Positions 18,829 through 31,002 of a stretch of DNA of 64,000 nucleotides are shown piece after piece. Each line of letters opens with the position of its first letter. The first letter of the stretch is position 1. Origin of the DNA: Opitutus sp. GAS368 (GTDB taxonomy: Bacteria > Verrucomicrobiota > Verrucomicrobiia > Opitutales > Opitutaceae); the NCBI GenBank assembly GCA_945861645.1, contig CAMAVZ010000005.1, positions 1-64,000 on the forward strand. The letters run 5' to 3'. The notes under the pieces are model-generated. The model was not told the origin of the DNA. It did no database searches and saw only the letters and a program-made list of their open reading frames with translations. Both the position numbers and the translations under genes were made by a program.

Positions 18829-20514
18829 GTGGCTGAGCCTGCCAACATCGCCCACCATCTTTCCCTGATGGCCATGCGTCAGCCGACGCAGGCCGCCGTG
18901 AAAATTGCCCGGGGCCAGAAAATTTCTGGCGAAATTGATTACCTCACCCTGTCGTTCCGCGCCCTCGAGCAGGAAGTTGCGGCCTGGGCGAATAAACTCC
19001 GCGCGGCCGGCGTCAGCCGCGGAGATCGGGTGCTCGTGATGGTACGCCAAGGCCTGCCGTTAATCGCGGCGGCTTTTGGCCTCTTTAAAATAGGCGCGAT
19101 TCCCATCATTATCGATCCAGGCATGGGACGAAAAAACTTTTTGGCCTGCGTCGCGCGCTCCCAGCCGCGCGTGCTGCTGGGCATTCCTCTTGCCCAAATC
19201 ACTAGCTATATTTTCCGCACCGCGTTTGCGGCGGTAGAAATCCGCATCTGGGTGAGTAGCTCACCGACCGCCCAACGCGCAAGTTCCCAAAAAATCAACG
19301 CCCCCGTCACCCTCGCCGCGGACTGCGCGGCGACCGACCTAGCGGCGATTCTTTTTACTTCCGGCTCCACCGGCGCACCTAAGGGAGTTTGCTATGAACA
19401 TGGCATGTTCGCCGCCCAAGTGCGGCTCGTTCGCACAACCTACGGAATTACCCCCGGTGAAATCGATCTGCCGCTGCTCCCTATTTTTGCACTTTTTAAT
19501 CCCGCGCTAGGAATGACCACCATTGTTCCAGCGATCGACCCGCGCCAACCCGCCAACCTAGACCCCGCAAAAATTGTTCGCGCGATTCAACAGGAAGGCG
19601 TCACGAATTCGTTTGGCTCACCGACTCTTTGGCGGATCATTGCCCGCTACTGCCTAAAAAATAATCTCACCTTGCCGTCGCTTAAACGGGTGCTGATGGC
19701 GGGCGCGCCCGTCCCGCCGGAATTATTCGCTGATTTATTAAAAATTTTACCCAACGGGATGGCCTATAGCCCTTATGGCGCAACGGAAGCCTTGCCGGTT
19801 GCCAGCATCTCTGGGCTACACGTTATCACCACCACCGCCAAGGCGACTGCCGCCGGCCAAGGCACCTGTGTCGGTCAACCCGTCGATGAGGTAACCATTA
19901 AAATTATTGCGCCGAGCCCGATGGCGATTGTTTTTGCAACGGAGATTCACGAATTGCCCGTGGGTGCCATCGGCGAAATTATTGTCCAGGGGCCTATCGT
20001 TACAAAAACCTACGATCAGTTAGCGGCGGCCACCGCGTTAGCTAAAATCAACCCACTAAAAACAACCCAAGGGTTGCCCGGCGGCCCTTGGCACCGGCTT
20101 GGCGATGCCGGCTACCTCGATCCCCACGGCCAACTCTGGTTTTGCGGCCGCCTAGCCGAGCGCGTAATCACCCCGACCGGAACGCTCTACCCCGAACAAG
20201 TTGAACCTATTTTTAATCAGCACCCCAGCGTCGCCCGCTGCGCCCTCATTGGCCTTGGTCCCAACCGCGATCAACCAGCTCTCGTAATCGAGCCCACCAC
20301 TCAAGCGATGGTGGCGACCCTGGCCTTGCGCCAAAAATTACTGGGGGAATTACAAATTATGGGCGCCGCTCACGCCCATACGCGCCCCATCACTCGCGCC
20401 TATTTTCATCCGCTGTTTCCCGTGGATGTTCGCCATAATGCTAAAATCCACCGCCTAAGCTTAACCCAATGGGCCGCTCATCAACCGAGTTATGCCCTGA
20501 GCTCACCGTCATGA
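18829..20514 (+). CDS. oleC: OleC-like AMP-dependent ligase / beta-lactone synthetase
   Basis: ILFTSGSTGAPKGV, TNSFGSP, PYGATEALPV, WHRLGD and the C-terminal FPVDVRHNAKIHR typical of OleC. Confidence 0.82.
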   Translation: MAEPANIAHHLSLMAMRQPTQAAVKIARGQKISGEIDYLTLSFRALEQEVAAWANKLRAAGVSRGDRVLVMVRQGLPLIAAAFGLFKIGAIPIIIDPGMGRKNFLACVARSQPRVLLGIPLAQITSYIFRTAFAAVEIRIWVSSSPTAQRASSQKINAPVTLAADCAATDLAAILFTSGSTGAPKGVCYEHGMFAAQVRLVRTTYGITPGEIDLPLLPIFALFNPALGMTTIVPAIDPRQPANLDPAKIVRAIQQEGVTNSFGSPTLWRIIARYCLKNNLTLPSLKRVLMAGAPVPPELFADLLKILPNGMAYSPYGATEALPVASISGLHVITTTAKATAAGQGTCVGQPVDEVTIKIIAPSPMAIVFATEIHELPVGAIGEIIVQGPIVTKTYDQLAAATALAKINPLKTTQGLPGGPWHRLGDAGYLDPHGQLWFCGRLAERVITPTGTLYPEQVEPIFNQHPSVARCALIGLGPNRDQPALVIEPTTQAMVATLALRQKLLGELQIMGAAHAHTRPITRAYFHPLFPVDVRHNAKIHRLSLTQWAAHQPSYALSSPS

Positions 20515-21563
20515 ATCGCGCCGTCTTTATTACCGGAGCCAGCGGCTTCATCGGTGGAAAACTTGCCGAACGTTTACTGGCTGAGGGTCGTCAGGTTAAG
20601 GTTCTCGCCCGCCGCCCCCTGCCTATTTTAGCCAACCTCGGCGCAGAAATTATTACGGGCGATTTGGCCGACGAGCCCGCGCTCCGCCGTGGCTGCGAAA
20701 ATTGTGAAGCCGTTTTCCACGTCGCCGGTCGCGTTGGGGTCTGGGGCCCCGCGGCTGATTTTTTTAAAGTTAATGTCGCGGGCACTGCCCAAATTATCGC
20801 CGCGTGCCGCGCCGTCGGCGTGCCGCGCCTAATTCATACCAGTTCACCCAGCGTCGTGTACCATGGCGGTAACCTAGCCGGCGTGGATGAATCGGCGGCG
20901 CTTTGCACCGCGGCACCCTGCGCTTACCCCACGAGCAAGGCCGCGGCCGAACAACTTGTCCGCCAAGCCCACTGTGCCGCGTTAGCCACCCTCTCGTTGC
21001 GGCCTCATCTGGTCTGGGGGCCGGGTGATAAAAATGTGGTGCCACGTGTCCTCGCCCTCGCACGTCAAGGTCGCCTCAGAATTATCGGATCCGGCCAAAA
21101 TCGCGTTGATGTCACCCACATCACCAACGTCATCGACGCCCACCTCCTCGCCGAACAAGCCTTGGTCCGTTATCATCTAAACCGTAACGCAAGCGCCGAG
21201 ATTATGCGCGCGCCGGTTGGGGGAGAGCAGCGAGATCCAGGTGGCCAAGCCTATTTCATCACTAACGGAGAACCGGTAATATTGTGGGACTGGATCAACG
21301 AGCTCTTACGGGGCGCGGGCCTTCCAGAAATTAAAAAGCGCCTTTCCCTGCCCGCTGCTCGCCGGATCGGCGGCCTCTTAGAAATAATTTGGCGGGTGCT
21401 TCCCCTGAACGGGGAGCCGCCGATGACGCGGTTTGTGGCTGATGAAATGGCCACCGACCACTGGTTTAAAATCGATGCCGCGCGCCTCAATCTTGGCTAC
21501 CGCCCACGAGTAAGCATGAAGGTTGGCACCGCCGAACTTATTGCTCAGCTCCAACGCCGTTAG
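20511..21563 (+). CDS. oleD: OleD-like 2-alkyl-3-oxoalkanoate reductase (3-beta-HSD/extended SDR)
   Basis: TGASGFIG, TSSPSVV, YPTSK, LRPHLVWGPGD, EPPMTRF; ATG at 20511 overlaps the oleC stop (ATGA). Confidence 0.8.
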   Translation: MNRAVFITGASGFIGGKLAERLLAEGRQVKVLARRPLPILANLGAEIITGDLADEPALRRGCENCEAVFHVAGRVGVWGPAADFFKVNVAGTAQIIAACRAVGVPRLIHTSSPSVVYHGGNLAGVDESAALCTAAPCAYPTSKAAAEQLVRQAHCAALATLSLRPHLVWGPGDKNVVPRVLALARQGRLRIIGSGQNRVDVTHITNVIDAHLLAEQALVRYHLNRNASAEIMRAPVGGEQRDPGGQAYFITNGEPVILWDWINELLRGAGLPEIKKRLSLPAARRIGGLLEIIWRVLPLNGEPPMTRFVADEMATDHWFKIDAARLNLGYRPRVSMKVGTAELIAQLQRR

Positions 21564-22369
21564 CCATTTCTCTGCCGCACCGCCTCGAAAAGCGTGATGA
21601 TGGTCGCCATAGCGACGTTCAAAGAATCCGCTTGGCCAGCCATGGGAATGCGTACGAGCAAATCGCTTTGCTTAAGCCAAAAATCACTCAGCCCGTATTG
21701 CTCGCTGCCCATCACAATCGCCAACGGGCCACGCAGCTCCACTTGGGTATAAAGGCTCGGCGTATCCGGCGTCGTCGCCACGATCCGGACCCCCTGCTGC
21801 TTCAGCCAAGCATGGACCGAAGCGCTATCCGCGACTACGATCGGTACAGAGAAAAGCACGCCGGTCGATGAGCGCACCACGTTAGGATTAAAAACATCGG
21901 TGACGGCATCACAGACGATAACCCCATCCACTCCCGCGGCGTCTGCGCTGCGCAAAATTGTCCCAAGATTGCCCGGCTTTTCGATCGACTCCACCACGAG
22001 GAGAAAAGGGACCGCGCTGAGCTTGAGATCTGCAAGACCATATTTCCATTGCGGCGCCACGGCCAACAGGCCATCGGGCCGATCGCGGTACGCACATTTA
22101 GCGAACGCTTCCTTGGATAATTCAAAAAGTTGCGCCCCGGCTTGGCGCGCCTGCTCGATTAAGGCCGGTTCATTTTCGCCGAGGAACCAGTCGGGGCAAA
22201 AATAGAGCTCGAGGAGGCGAATGTTTTTTTCCAAAGCCCGCCGGACTTCGCGATACCCTTCCACCAGAAATAATCCCGCCTCATCGCGATCGCGCCGATC
22301 GCGTAATTTTACCAGCTGCTTAATGCGCGGATTCTGCAGACTGGTGATTTTTTCAGAAAGGTTAACCAC
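21560..22369 (-). CDS. TrmH/SpoU-family RNA 2'-O-methyltransferase
   Basis: ITSLQNPRIK, EKPGNLGTILRSADA, GSEQYGLS, IPMAGQADSLNVA; GTG at 22369 is the likely start. Confidence 0.9.
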   Translation of the reverse strand: MVNLSEKITSLQNPRIKQLVKLRDRRDRDEAGLFLVEGYREVRRALEKNIRLLELYFCPDWFLGENEPALIEQARQAGAQLFELSKEAFAKCAYRDRPDGLLAVAPQWKYGLADLKLSAVPFLLVVESIEKPGNLGTILRSADAAGVDGVIVCDAVTDVFNPNVVRSSTGVLFSVPIVVADSASVHAWLKQQGVRIVATTPDTPSLYTQVELRGPLAIVMGSEQYGLSDFWLKQSDLLVRIPMAGQADSLNVAMATIITLFEAVRQRNG

Positions 22370-22445
22370 AGCCGATACGGAATACAGGGAAAGCAAACTC
22401 AGCAATTTCCTTTTACCGCCCCCCGCAGTGTGTTCTGTGTAGCTG

Positions 22446-23771
22446 GTGGGCAAAAAGAAATTCAACGACCATCCCTTCTCTTATCACCAGACTTTGGAGT
22501 TGGAGGTAGCCACGCTCACCAACCTCGGCGTCGGCCTAGGCCGGGTCTCACTTCCCGCTTCACCAACCGGCGCGCCCCCCGGCGGTTGGGTGATCATGGT
22601 GCCCTTTACCTTACCTGGCGAAAAAGTACGCGTCCGCGTCTATCGCAACCATAAGAATTACTCCGAAGCAGATTTGCTCGAAGTGCTCACCCCTTCGCCG
22701 CACCGCCAAGAGCCAAGGTGCGCGCTCTTCGGTCGCTGCGGCGGCTGCCAATACCAACACCTCACCTATCCCGAGCAGTTAAAATGGAAACAGCAGCAAG
22801 TAACCGAACTGCTGAAGTATATGGCGGGCGTGGAATTTCCGGTGGCGCCCGTGATCGCCTCGCCCAAAGAGTTTGGTTATCGTTCTAAAATAACCCCCCA
22901 TTTTCATGCGCAGGAAAATACCGAGGCACCCAGCGCTCCCTTAGGCGCCGCCAGTGGTCAGGGTAGTCATGATCTCCCAGTACCAGCCGTTAATCTACCC
23001 CCGATTGGCTTTCTCAAAACCGGCCATCGCTTTGCGCTGATCGACGTACCGACGTGCCCCATTGCCACGGCCGAGATCAACGCCAAACTACCTGAAGTCC
23101 GTGCCAAGACCCACCAACAGCTAGCCGCCGGTGAGTATAAACGCGATGCGACGCTGCTCCTGCGTCACGCCATGGAAGGCGTCACCACGGACTACGATGC
23201 GGTCGTTCACGAACAAGTCGGCGCACTCAAACTCCACTTCCTCGCCCGTGATTTTTTCCAGAACAACCCTTTTATCTTACCGGCATTTACCGGTTATGTC
23301 CGCGCTCAAGCCGCCAGCTGCGGGGCAAAATTCTTGGTCGATGCCTATTGCGGCAGTGGATTGTTCGCGCTGAGCTGCGCCCCCGCCTTCGAAAAAGTTA
23401 CTGGAATCGAGATCAGCGCGACTTCCATTAAATTTGCCACAGAAAACGCGGCGGCTAACGGCATCACTAATACCCTCTTCCAAGCTGGTCATGCGTCCCA
23501 AATTTTTGCGGGCCTAACTTTTCCCGCCGCCGATACGGCCATTGTCATCGATCCACCGCGCAAGGGCTGTGATGAGCCATTCCTCACGCAGCTGTTCGCC
23601 TATGGCCCACAGGCGGTGGTTTACGTATCGTGCGACCCCGCTACTCAAATGCGCGACCTCAAAGGCTTTCTGGCCGCCGGCTATACGCTAAGCGCCGTGC
23701 AACCTTTCGATTTATTTCCTCAGACACGTCATCTCGAATGCGTGATCACGCTGATTCGCCCCGCTAGATAA
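22446..23771 (+). CDS. RlmD/RumA-family RNA (uracil-5)-methyltransferase with TRAM domain
   Basis: CALFGRCGGCQYQH Fe-S motif, FFQNN, DAYCGSG, DPPRKG, YVSCDP, DLFPQTRHLE. Confidence 0.9.
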   Translation: MGKKKFNDHPFSYHQTLELEVATLTNLGVGLGRVSLPASPTGAPPGGWVIMVPFTLPGEKVRVRVYRNHKNYSEADLLEVLTPSPHRQEPRCALFGRCGGCQYQHLTYPEQLKWKQQQVTELLKYMAGVEFPVAPVIASPKEFGYRSKITPHFHAQENTEAPSAPLGAASGQGSHDLPVPAVNLPPIGFLKTGHRFALIDVPTCPIATAEINAKLPEVRAKTHQQLAAGEYKRDATLLLRHAMEGVTTDYDAVVHEQVGALKLHFLARDFFQNNPFILPAFTGYVRAQAASCGAKFLVDAYCGSGLFALSCAPAFEKVTGIEISATSIKFATENAAANGITNTLFQAGHASQIFAGLTFPAADTAIVIDPPRKGCDEPFLTQLFAYGPQAVVYVSCDPATQMRDLKGFLAAGYTLSAVQPFDLFPQTRHLECVITLIRPAR

Positions 23772-23986
23772 AGCCCGCAAAGCAACCAGCGCCTGGCAAC
23801 GGGCTTAAGCGGCCAGATAAATTCCCCCCAGCCAGCGCCCGCTAAAGAGGAAAATTGGCGACTTAACTATTAGTTATTCTTTTTCTTTGAGTCTGCTGAG
23901 AAAACATTTACTGATTGTCACCGGACTGAGCCCCTAGACTAACCCCGAGTTATTTAGTCATTAATTACGCCTCGTTTATCCCAACT

Positions 23987-26900
23987 ATGAGTAATCCCCC
24001 TGCTGGTACGCCTCGCTCTTCTTCACCCGCTGCCGCTACGACCAGCACCCCGCCGCGCTACCCCGGGTTTCGAGTCACCTGTAACGGCAACCAGCTCGTC
24101 ACCCAGTATGTTGAGACTCGGATCACCGAAGGCGGGGTATTTTACCCCATTACCCCTTCCACCGAAGGCGGGGAAATTTATCAGCAGTCTTTCGCCCAAG
24201 GAGAGCTGAATGTTTGGGGCCAGCAAAAGGTTGCGGCGGAAACGGAAGGCGAGCACGCCGCTCAAGGCGGCGCGACCGCCTACGCGGTGCAAGGCCGCCG
24301 CACCGTAAATTTCACCTCTGGTCAGGGAATCGTCTATGCCATGGAGCAATATTTCCACGCGCCCGGAAAGCTTTCGACGATGGTGCTAGAAGTCGGCGCC
24401 CGCGCCCTCACGAAACACGCGCTCAATGTCCATTGCGGCCACGATGATTTTTACGCCGCCCTGGATGTCGGCTGGACCATGCTTATGGCGAAAGATGCCC
24501 AGCAGGCCGCCGATCAAGCAATTATCCTGCGGAAGGCCAACGAGCTCTCACTCAATCCGGGGATGAACATCCAGGATGGCATGCTGACCACGCACTCGGA
24601 GCGCATGTATTACGCTCCGGAGGCCGATCTCCTGCGCGAGTTCCTCGGCGCTCCCGATGATCAGATCGACTGTCCCACGCCCGCCCAGCGAGAAATTTTC
24701 GGCCCCCGCCGCCGCCGGGTGCCCAAAATGATGGATTTACAAAATCCCATTCTCCTCGGGCCGGTCCAAAATCAAGAGCACCACATGAACGGGGTGGTCG
24801 CGCGCCGAAATAACTTTAACGAATACATTCTCGGCTTCCTCGAACAGTGCTACACCGAATTCGGCCAACTCACCGGCCGCCACTATAGGTTTGTTACTGA
24901 ATACAAGACCGCCGATGCCGATACCGTGTTTGTTTCGCTTGGCTGCGCCGCAGAAAATATCGAGGCGGCCTGTGATTATCTCCGCGAACAACGCAACGCC
25001 AAGGTCGGCTCAATCCATATCAACGTCATCCGCCCCTTTCCAGAAGCCGCGGTTATCAATGCTCTACGCGGTAAGAAAAATGTGATTATTCTCGAGCGAA
25101 CCGACGAAGGTCTCGCGGGAGACAATCCGCTCGGCCGCGATATCCGCGTCGCGCTCAGCAAGGCGCACGAGTCTGGAAGTTTTGGCGGCCCGCTGCCCAG
25201 CCTCACGCCGGCCGAGACGCCCCGGCTTTTCCGTGGGGCTTACGGCATCGGTTCGCGCGACTTCCGCCCCGAACACACGCTCGGCGCCTATGAATTCGCC
25301 ACCAGCGGGGCCGCGCGCCAAGATGGCCGCACCGCCGCGACCGGCGAATCCTTTTTCGTGCTAGGCGTTAATCATCCCTACGCGGTGATTAGTAAAGACA
25401 CCCCTTCTTTGCTGCCGGAAGGCGCGATCGCCGTTCGCTTTCATTCCATCGGGGGCTGGGGCATGATCACCACGGGGAAAAATCTTGGTTCTATTATCGG
25501 CGACTTTGGTAGTTTTATTTCTGAACAGCAGCCCACCTATGCCAGTGACGGCACGCTCGAAGATAAGCTCTTCGTCATGGCCAACCCCAAATATGGCTCC
25601 GAGAAAAAGGGGGCGCCGACGAATTACTATCTAACCGTCGCGCCCTCCCAAATTAAAGTTAACTGTGAGCTCAATCACGTTGATGTCGTTCTCTGCTGCG
25701 ACCCGAAAGCCTTTACCCACACCAACCCACTGGAAGGCTTAAAAAAGGGCGGCTCCCTCGTTTGGGAATCCAGCGAATCACCCGAAGTTGCCTGGCAACG
25801 GATCCCGGCTAAATACCGCCAATTTGTGCAGGATCATAAAATCCGCGTGTTCATTCTGCCTGGCTTCAACATCGCGCGCAAAGCGACGAATCAAACGGAG
25901 CTCCAGTTGCGCATGCAGGGCAATTCCTTCTTGGGCGCCTTTTTCCGCGTCTCTCCTTTCTTAAAAACCTTTGGGATTACTGAGGAGCAATTTCATAAAG
26001 TTGTCCGCAAACAATACGAAAAGAAATTTGCGCGCTTTGGCGACGCCGTGGTCGCTTCAAATATGACGGTGATGACGGAGGGCTTTTCCCTCGTGCAAGA
26101 AATTAAGATCGGCCAACGGGAAGATCCTGATCGTTCCTCCATGCGGAATCCGCTGCTCGCTCCGCTCGGTGATCATCAATTTCCGCCGACCGCTGGCTGC
26201 GGCCCCGCTGGTTGTGGTAGCATTCCAATGCCGGCGGCCCAAGCGGCCCGGGCTCCCTTCCAAACGATCGCAAAATTTGATTCCGAATTCCGCGCTGGTC
26301 TCGGTTATCACCAACCCGCCGGGGCGCTCGCCTCCATCGGCGTCATGGGTGCCGGCACGGGCGCGACGCAGTCTAAGTACGTCGCACGGCGCGAAACTCC
26401 CGTCTTTATCGCGGAAAACTGCACTCAGTGTATGGCCTGCATCACCGCATGCCCTGATACCGCCCTACCCAATATGGCGCAGGAAGTGACCACGGTTCTT
26501 AAGACCGCCGTAAATAATTACGTGACGGCGGTCGCTGACCGCCGCGCTTTCGGGCTCGAGATTGTCGGACTCGAACAACGAGCCCGCGGGCGGATGAATG
26601 AATCGGTCAAGGCTAAGTCAGGGGTGCCATTTAAAACGATCATCAGCGAAGAGGTGACCGCCCTGACCACGATCTCGCCCCAAGCCAAAACGGAATTCAC
26701 CAACATCATCGCGAAACTCCCGCTGGCCTATAATAACGTCCCCGCCATCTTTCGCTCCCTTGAAGCGAAGACCCCCGGCGCAGGCGGTTTATTCTCCATC
26801 TACGTCTCCGATCTTTGCAAAGGATGCGGCGAATGCGTGCAGGTCTGCGGTGATCACGATGCGTTGCGCATGACCCGCGAAACCGAAGAACTTAATGCCG

Positions 26901-28735
26901 AGCTGACCACCGCCCAAGTCTTCTCCCGCCTATTACCTGATACTCCGCAGAAGTTTTTAGGCCTCTATGATGACAATGACGCCGCTGGTTCCCGTGAGGC
27001 AGCGCTGCGTAATCATCTGATGGTGCGCCGTAATTACGAAGCGCTCGTTTCAGGCGATGGCGCCTGCGCTGGTTGCGGCGAGAAAAGCATTCTCCGCTCG
27101 ATTGCTTCGGTCACCGAGGCCTACATGCGGCCGCTCTACCATAAAAAAGCGGATCGGCTCCGCGCCAAAGCCGCGCAATTAGTGCAGGCGGGTACAGAAA
27201 AACTAGCGGCCCTCAAAGCCCGCAGCCAACCAGAGTACGAACTATTCAGGAAAACCTACGCCCATGTGATCATCGGTCTCGGCGGTGAAAACGAAGCTGA
27301 TACCGCTCAGCGAATTGCCCGCTATGAAACCGAACAGGGCGTGATTACTGATGCGCAACTTTTAGGCGGCTTAATCGCCGTGCTCGAACAAGACGCTTTC
27401 AACCATAAAGAGCTCCAATCCGTCGACGGCCGCCGCGCGAACGGCATGTCGGTCATGATGATGGGCGCGAGCACCGGTTGTAATACCGTATACGGATCCA
27501 CCCCACCGGGAAATCCCCATCCGTATCCATGGATGAATTCTCTCTTTCAAGACGGGGCTACGATCTCCTGGCTAATGGCGGAATCGCTCATCGTTGATCA
27601 TGCGCGCCGGTCAGTTTCACCGGAACGCTTAGTGGATGCGCTGCTCAACCGCACGGCTAACGTCGCCACCGAAGCAGATTATTTTACGCTCACCCACCTT
27701 GATGATGCGCTGATGACCGAACAGGAAGTCCGCGAACTACCAAAGGTCTGGGTGGTCGGCGGCGATGGCGCCCTCGGTGATATCGGTTTCCAAAATGTCT
27801 CGAAGGTAATTCTCCAGAACCGGCCTAATGTGAAGATGCTCATGCTCGACACCCAGGTTTACTCCAACACCGGCGGCCAGAACTCCGACTCTTCCACCAT
27901 GTTGGGCGGCTATGATATGAACCAGTTCGGCGTCGCCTCTCAGGGCAAGCTGATCGAAAAGAAAAATGTCGCTGAAGCTTTCACCAGCGGTCACGGCTCA
28001 CCTTTTGTCGCCCAAGTATCGATGGCTAATTCAGCCAAGCTCTTTAAGGCGATTTTGGATGGTCTCGCGTACCGCGGCACCGCCTTCTTCCAAGCCTACA
28101 CCACGTGCCAACCCGAACACGGCGTAGGCGACAATATGAGCGCCGAGCAGGCGAAGTTAGTCCGCGATGCGCGCGGCATGCCGGAGTTTATCTTCAATCC
28201 CCGGCGCGGCGAATCCTCGCAGGAAGCCTTCGACCTCAAGGGCAACCCGAGTATCGATCGCGACTGGTGGCACACCAAATATGCGAGCACCGGGGAGGAC
28301 TACGTTTTTGGGGTCGCGCACTGGGCGATCACCGAAGGGCGCTTCCGTAAGCATATCAAGCCCATCAAGGAAACTGAGACGGCCGGTCTAATGCTGTTAG
28401 ATGAACAGCTCTTTTTTATCACCCAAGATGACGTTATTCATCGCCGCGTCTTTGATGAACAACACCGGAGCTACGTTAAAAACTTTGGCTGCTATATTAA
28501 GTCGGAAGAAGCAGGAAAAATGAAGTTCTATGCCGTCACCCGCCAGATGGTGCTTTTCGGCGTCGAACGCCGCAAAGCGTGGCGGATGCTGCAAAGCAAG
28601 GCGGGCGTGATTAATAAAGATTACATCGCGCAAAAAGCCTTCTTAGCAAAACTTGATAAAGGAGAAATCTCGCTGGCTGACACTAAAGTCCGCCTGCGGG
28701 AACTGATCGCGACCGAATACGCGGCCGTCAAATAA
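23987..28735 (+). CDS. Single-chain pyruvate:ferredoxin/flavodoxin oxidoreductase, long (1582 aa) form
   Basis: YPITPS, EGEHAA, GARA, CTQCMACITACP, CKGCGECVQVC, ACAGCGE, TGC, GGDG, YSNTGGQ. Confidence 0.9.
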   Translation: MSNPPAGTPRSSSPAAATTSTPPRYPGFRVTCNGNQLVTQYVETRITEGGVFYPITPSTEGGEIYQQSFAQGELNVWGQQKVAAETEGEHAAQGGATAYAVQGRRTVNFTSGQGIVYAMEQYFHAPGKLSTMVLEVGARALTKHALNVHCGHDDFYAALDVGWTMLMAKDAQQAADQAIILRKANELSLNPGMNIQDGMLTTHSERMYYAPEADLLREFLGAPDDQIDCPTPAQREIFGPRRRRVPKMMDLQNPILLGPVQNQEHHMNGVVARRNNFNEYILGFLEQCYTEFGQLTGRHYRFVTEYKTADADTVFVSLGCAAENIEAACDYLREQRNAKVGSIHINVIRPFPEAAVINALRGKKNVIILERTDEGLAGDNPLGRDIRVALSKAHESGSFGGPLPSLTPAETPRLFRGAYGIGSRDFRPEHTLGAYEFATSGAARQDGRTAATGESFFVLGVNHPYAVISKDTPSLLPEGAIAVRFHSIGGWGMITTGKNLGSIIGDFGSFISEQQPTYASDGTLEDKLFVMANPKYGSEKKGAPTNYYLTVAPSQIKVNCELNHVDVVLCCDPKAFTHTNPLEGLKKGGSLVWESSESPEVAWQRIPAKYRQFVQDHKIRVFILPGFNIARKATNQTELQLRMQGNSFLGAFFRVSPFLKTFGITEEQFHKVVRKQYEKKFARFGDAVVASNMTVMTEGFSLVQEIKIGQREDPDRSSMRNPLLAPLGDHQFPPTAGCGPAGCGSIPMPAAQAARAPFQTIAKFDSEFRAGLGYHQPAGALASIGVMGAGTGATQSKYVARRETPVFIAENCTQCMACITACPDTALPNMAQEVTTVLKTAVNNYVTAVADRRAFGLEIVGLEQRARGRMNESVKAKSGVPFKTIISEEVTALTTISPQAKTEFTNIIAKLPLAYNNVPAIFRSLEAKTPGAGGLFSIYVSDLCKGCGECVQVCGDHDALRMTRETEELNAELTTAQVFSRLLPDTPQKFLGLYDDNDAAGSREAALRNHLMVRRNYEALVSGDGACAGCGEKSILRSIASVTEAYMRPLYHKKADRLRAKAAQLVQAGTEKLAALKARSQPEYELFRKTYAHVIIGLGGENEADTAQRIARYETEQGVITDAQLLGGLIAVLEQDAFNHKELQSVDGRRANGMSVMMMGASTGCNTVYGSTPPGNPHPYPWMNSLFQDGATISWLMAESLIVDHARRSVSPERLVDALLNRTANVATEADYFTLTHLDDALMTEQEVRELPKVWVVGGDGALGDIGFQNVSKVILQNRPNVKMLMLDTQVYSNTGGQNSDSSTMLGGYDMNQFGVASQGKLIEKKNVAEAFTSGHGSPFVAQVSMANSAKLFKAILDGLAYRGTAFFQAYTTCQPEHGVGDNMSAEQAKLVRDARGMPEFIFNPRRGESSQEAFDLKGNPSIDRDWWHTKYASTGEDYVFGVAHWAITEGRFRKHIKPIKETETAGLMLLDEQLFFITQDDVIHRRVFDEQHRSYVKNFGCYIKSEEAGKMKFYAVTRQMVLFGVERRKAWRMLQSKAGVINKDYIAQKAFLAKLDKGEISLADTKVRLRELIATEYAAVK

Positions 28736-28771
28736 GCGCGATGGGGCGTTCATCACGTCTGTGATCATGCG

Positions 28772-28805
28772 ACGTTGGGCTTGGGCTTAGCCCCGAGCTC
28801 AACGT
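28772..28805 (+). other. 14-bp stem-loop downstream of the PFOR gene (terminator-like, 3' stabiliser or REP-like)
   Basis: ACGTTGGGCTTGGG pairs with CCCGAGCTCAACGT including two G-U pairs on +; no U tract. Confidence 0.55.
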
Positions 28806-28892
28806 GAGATTGGCTTTCCTTAAAGCGCAGATTTATTCTGCAATAAAAGGACTTCGCATCGCGTGAAATCTTCCCCCTACTGGCCAGATTAA

Positions 28893-30950
<2,058 letters not shown>

Positions 30951-31002
30951 ACTTGGTTGGGCTCCGTAATCTCGCTGGTTCGACCTTATAGATTTTTTTG
31001 CT

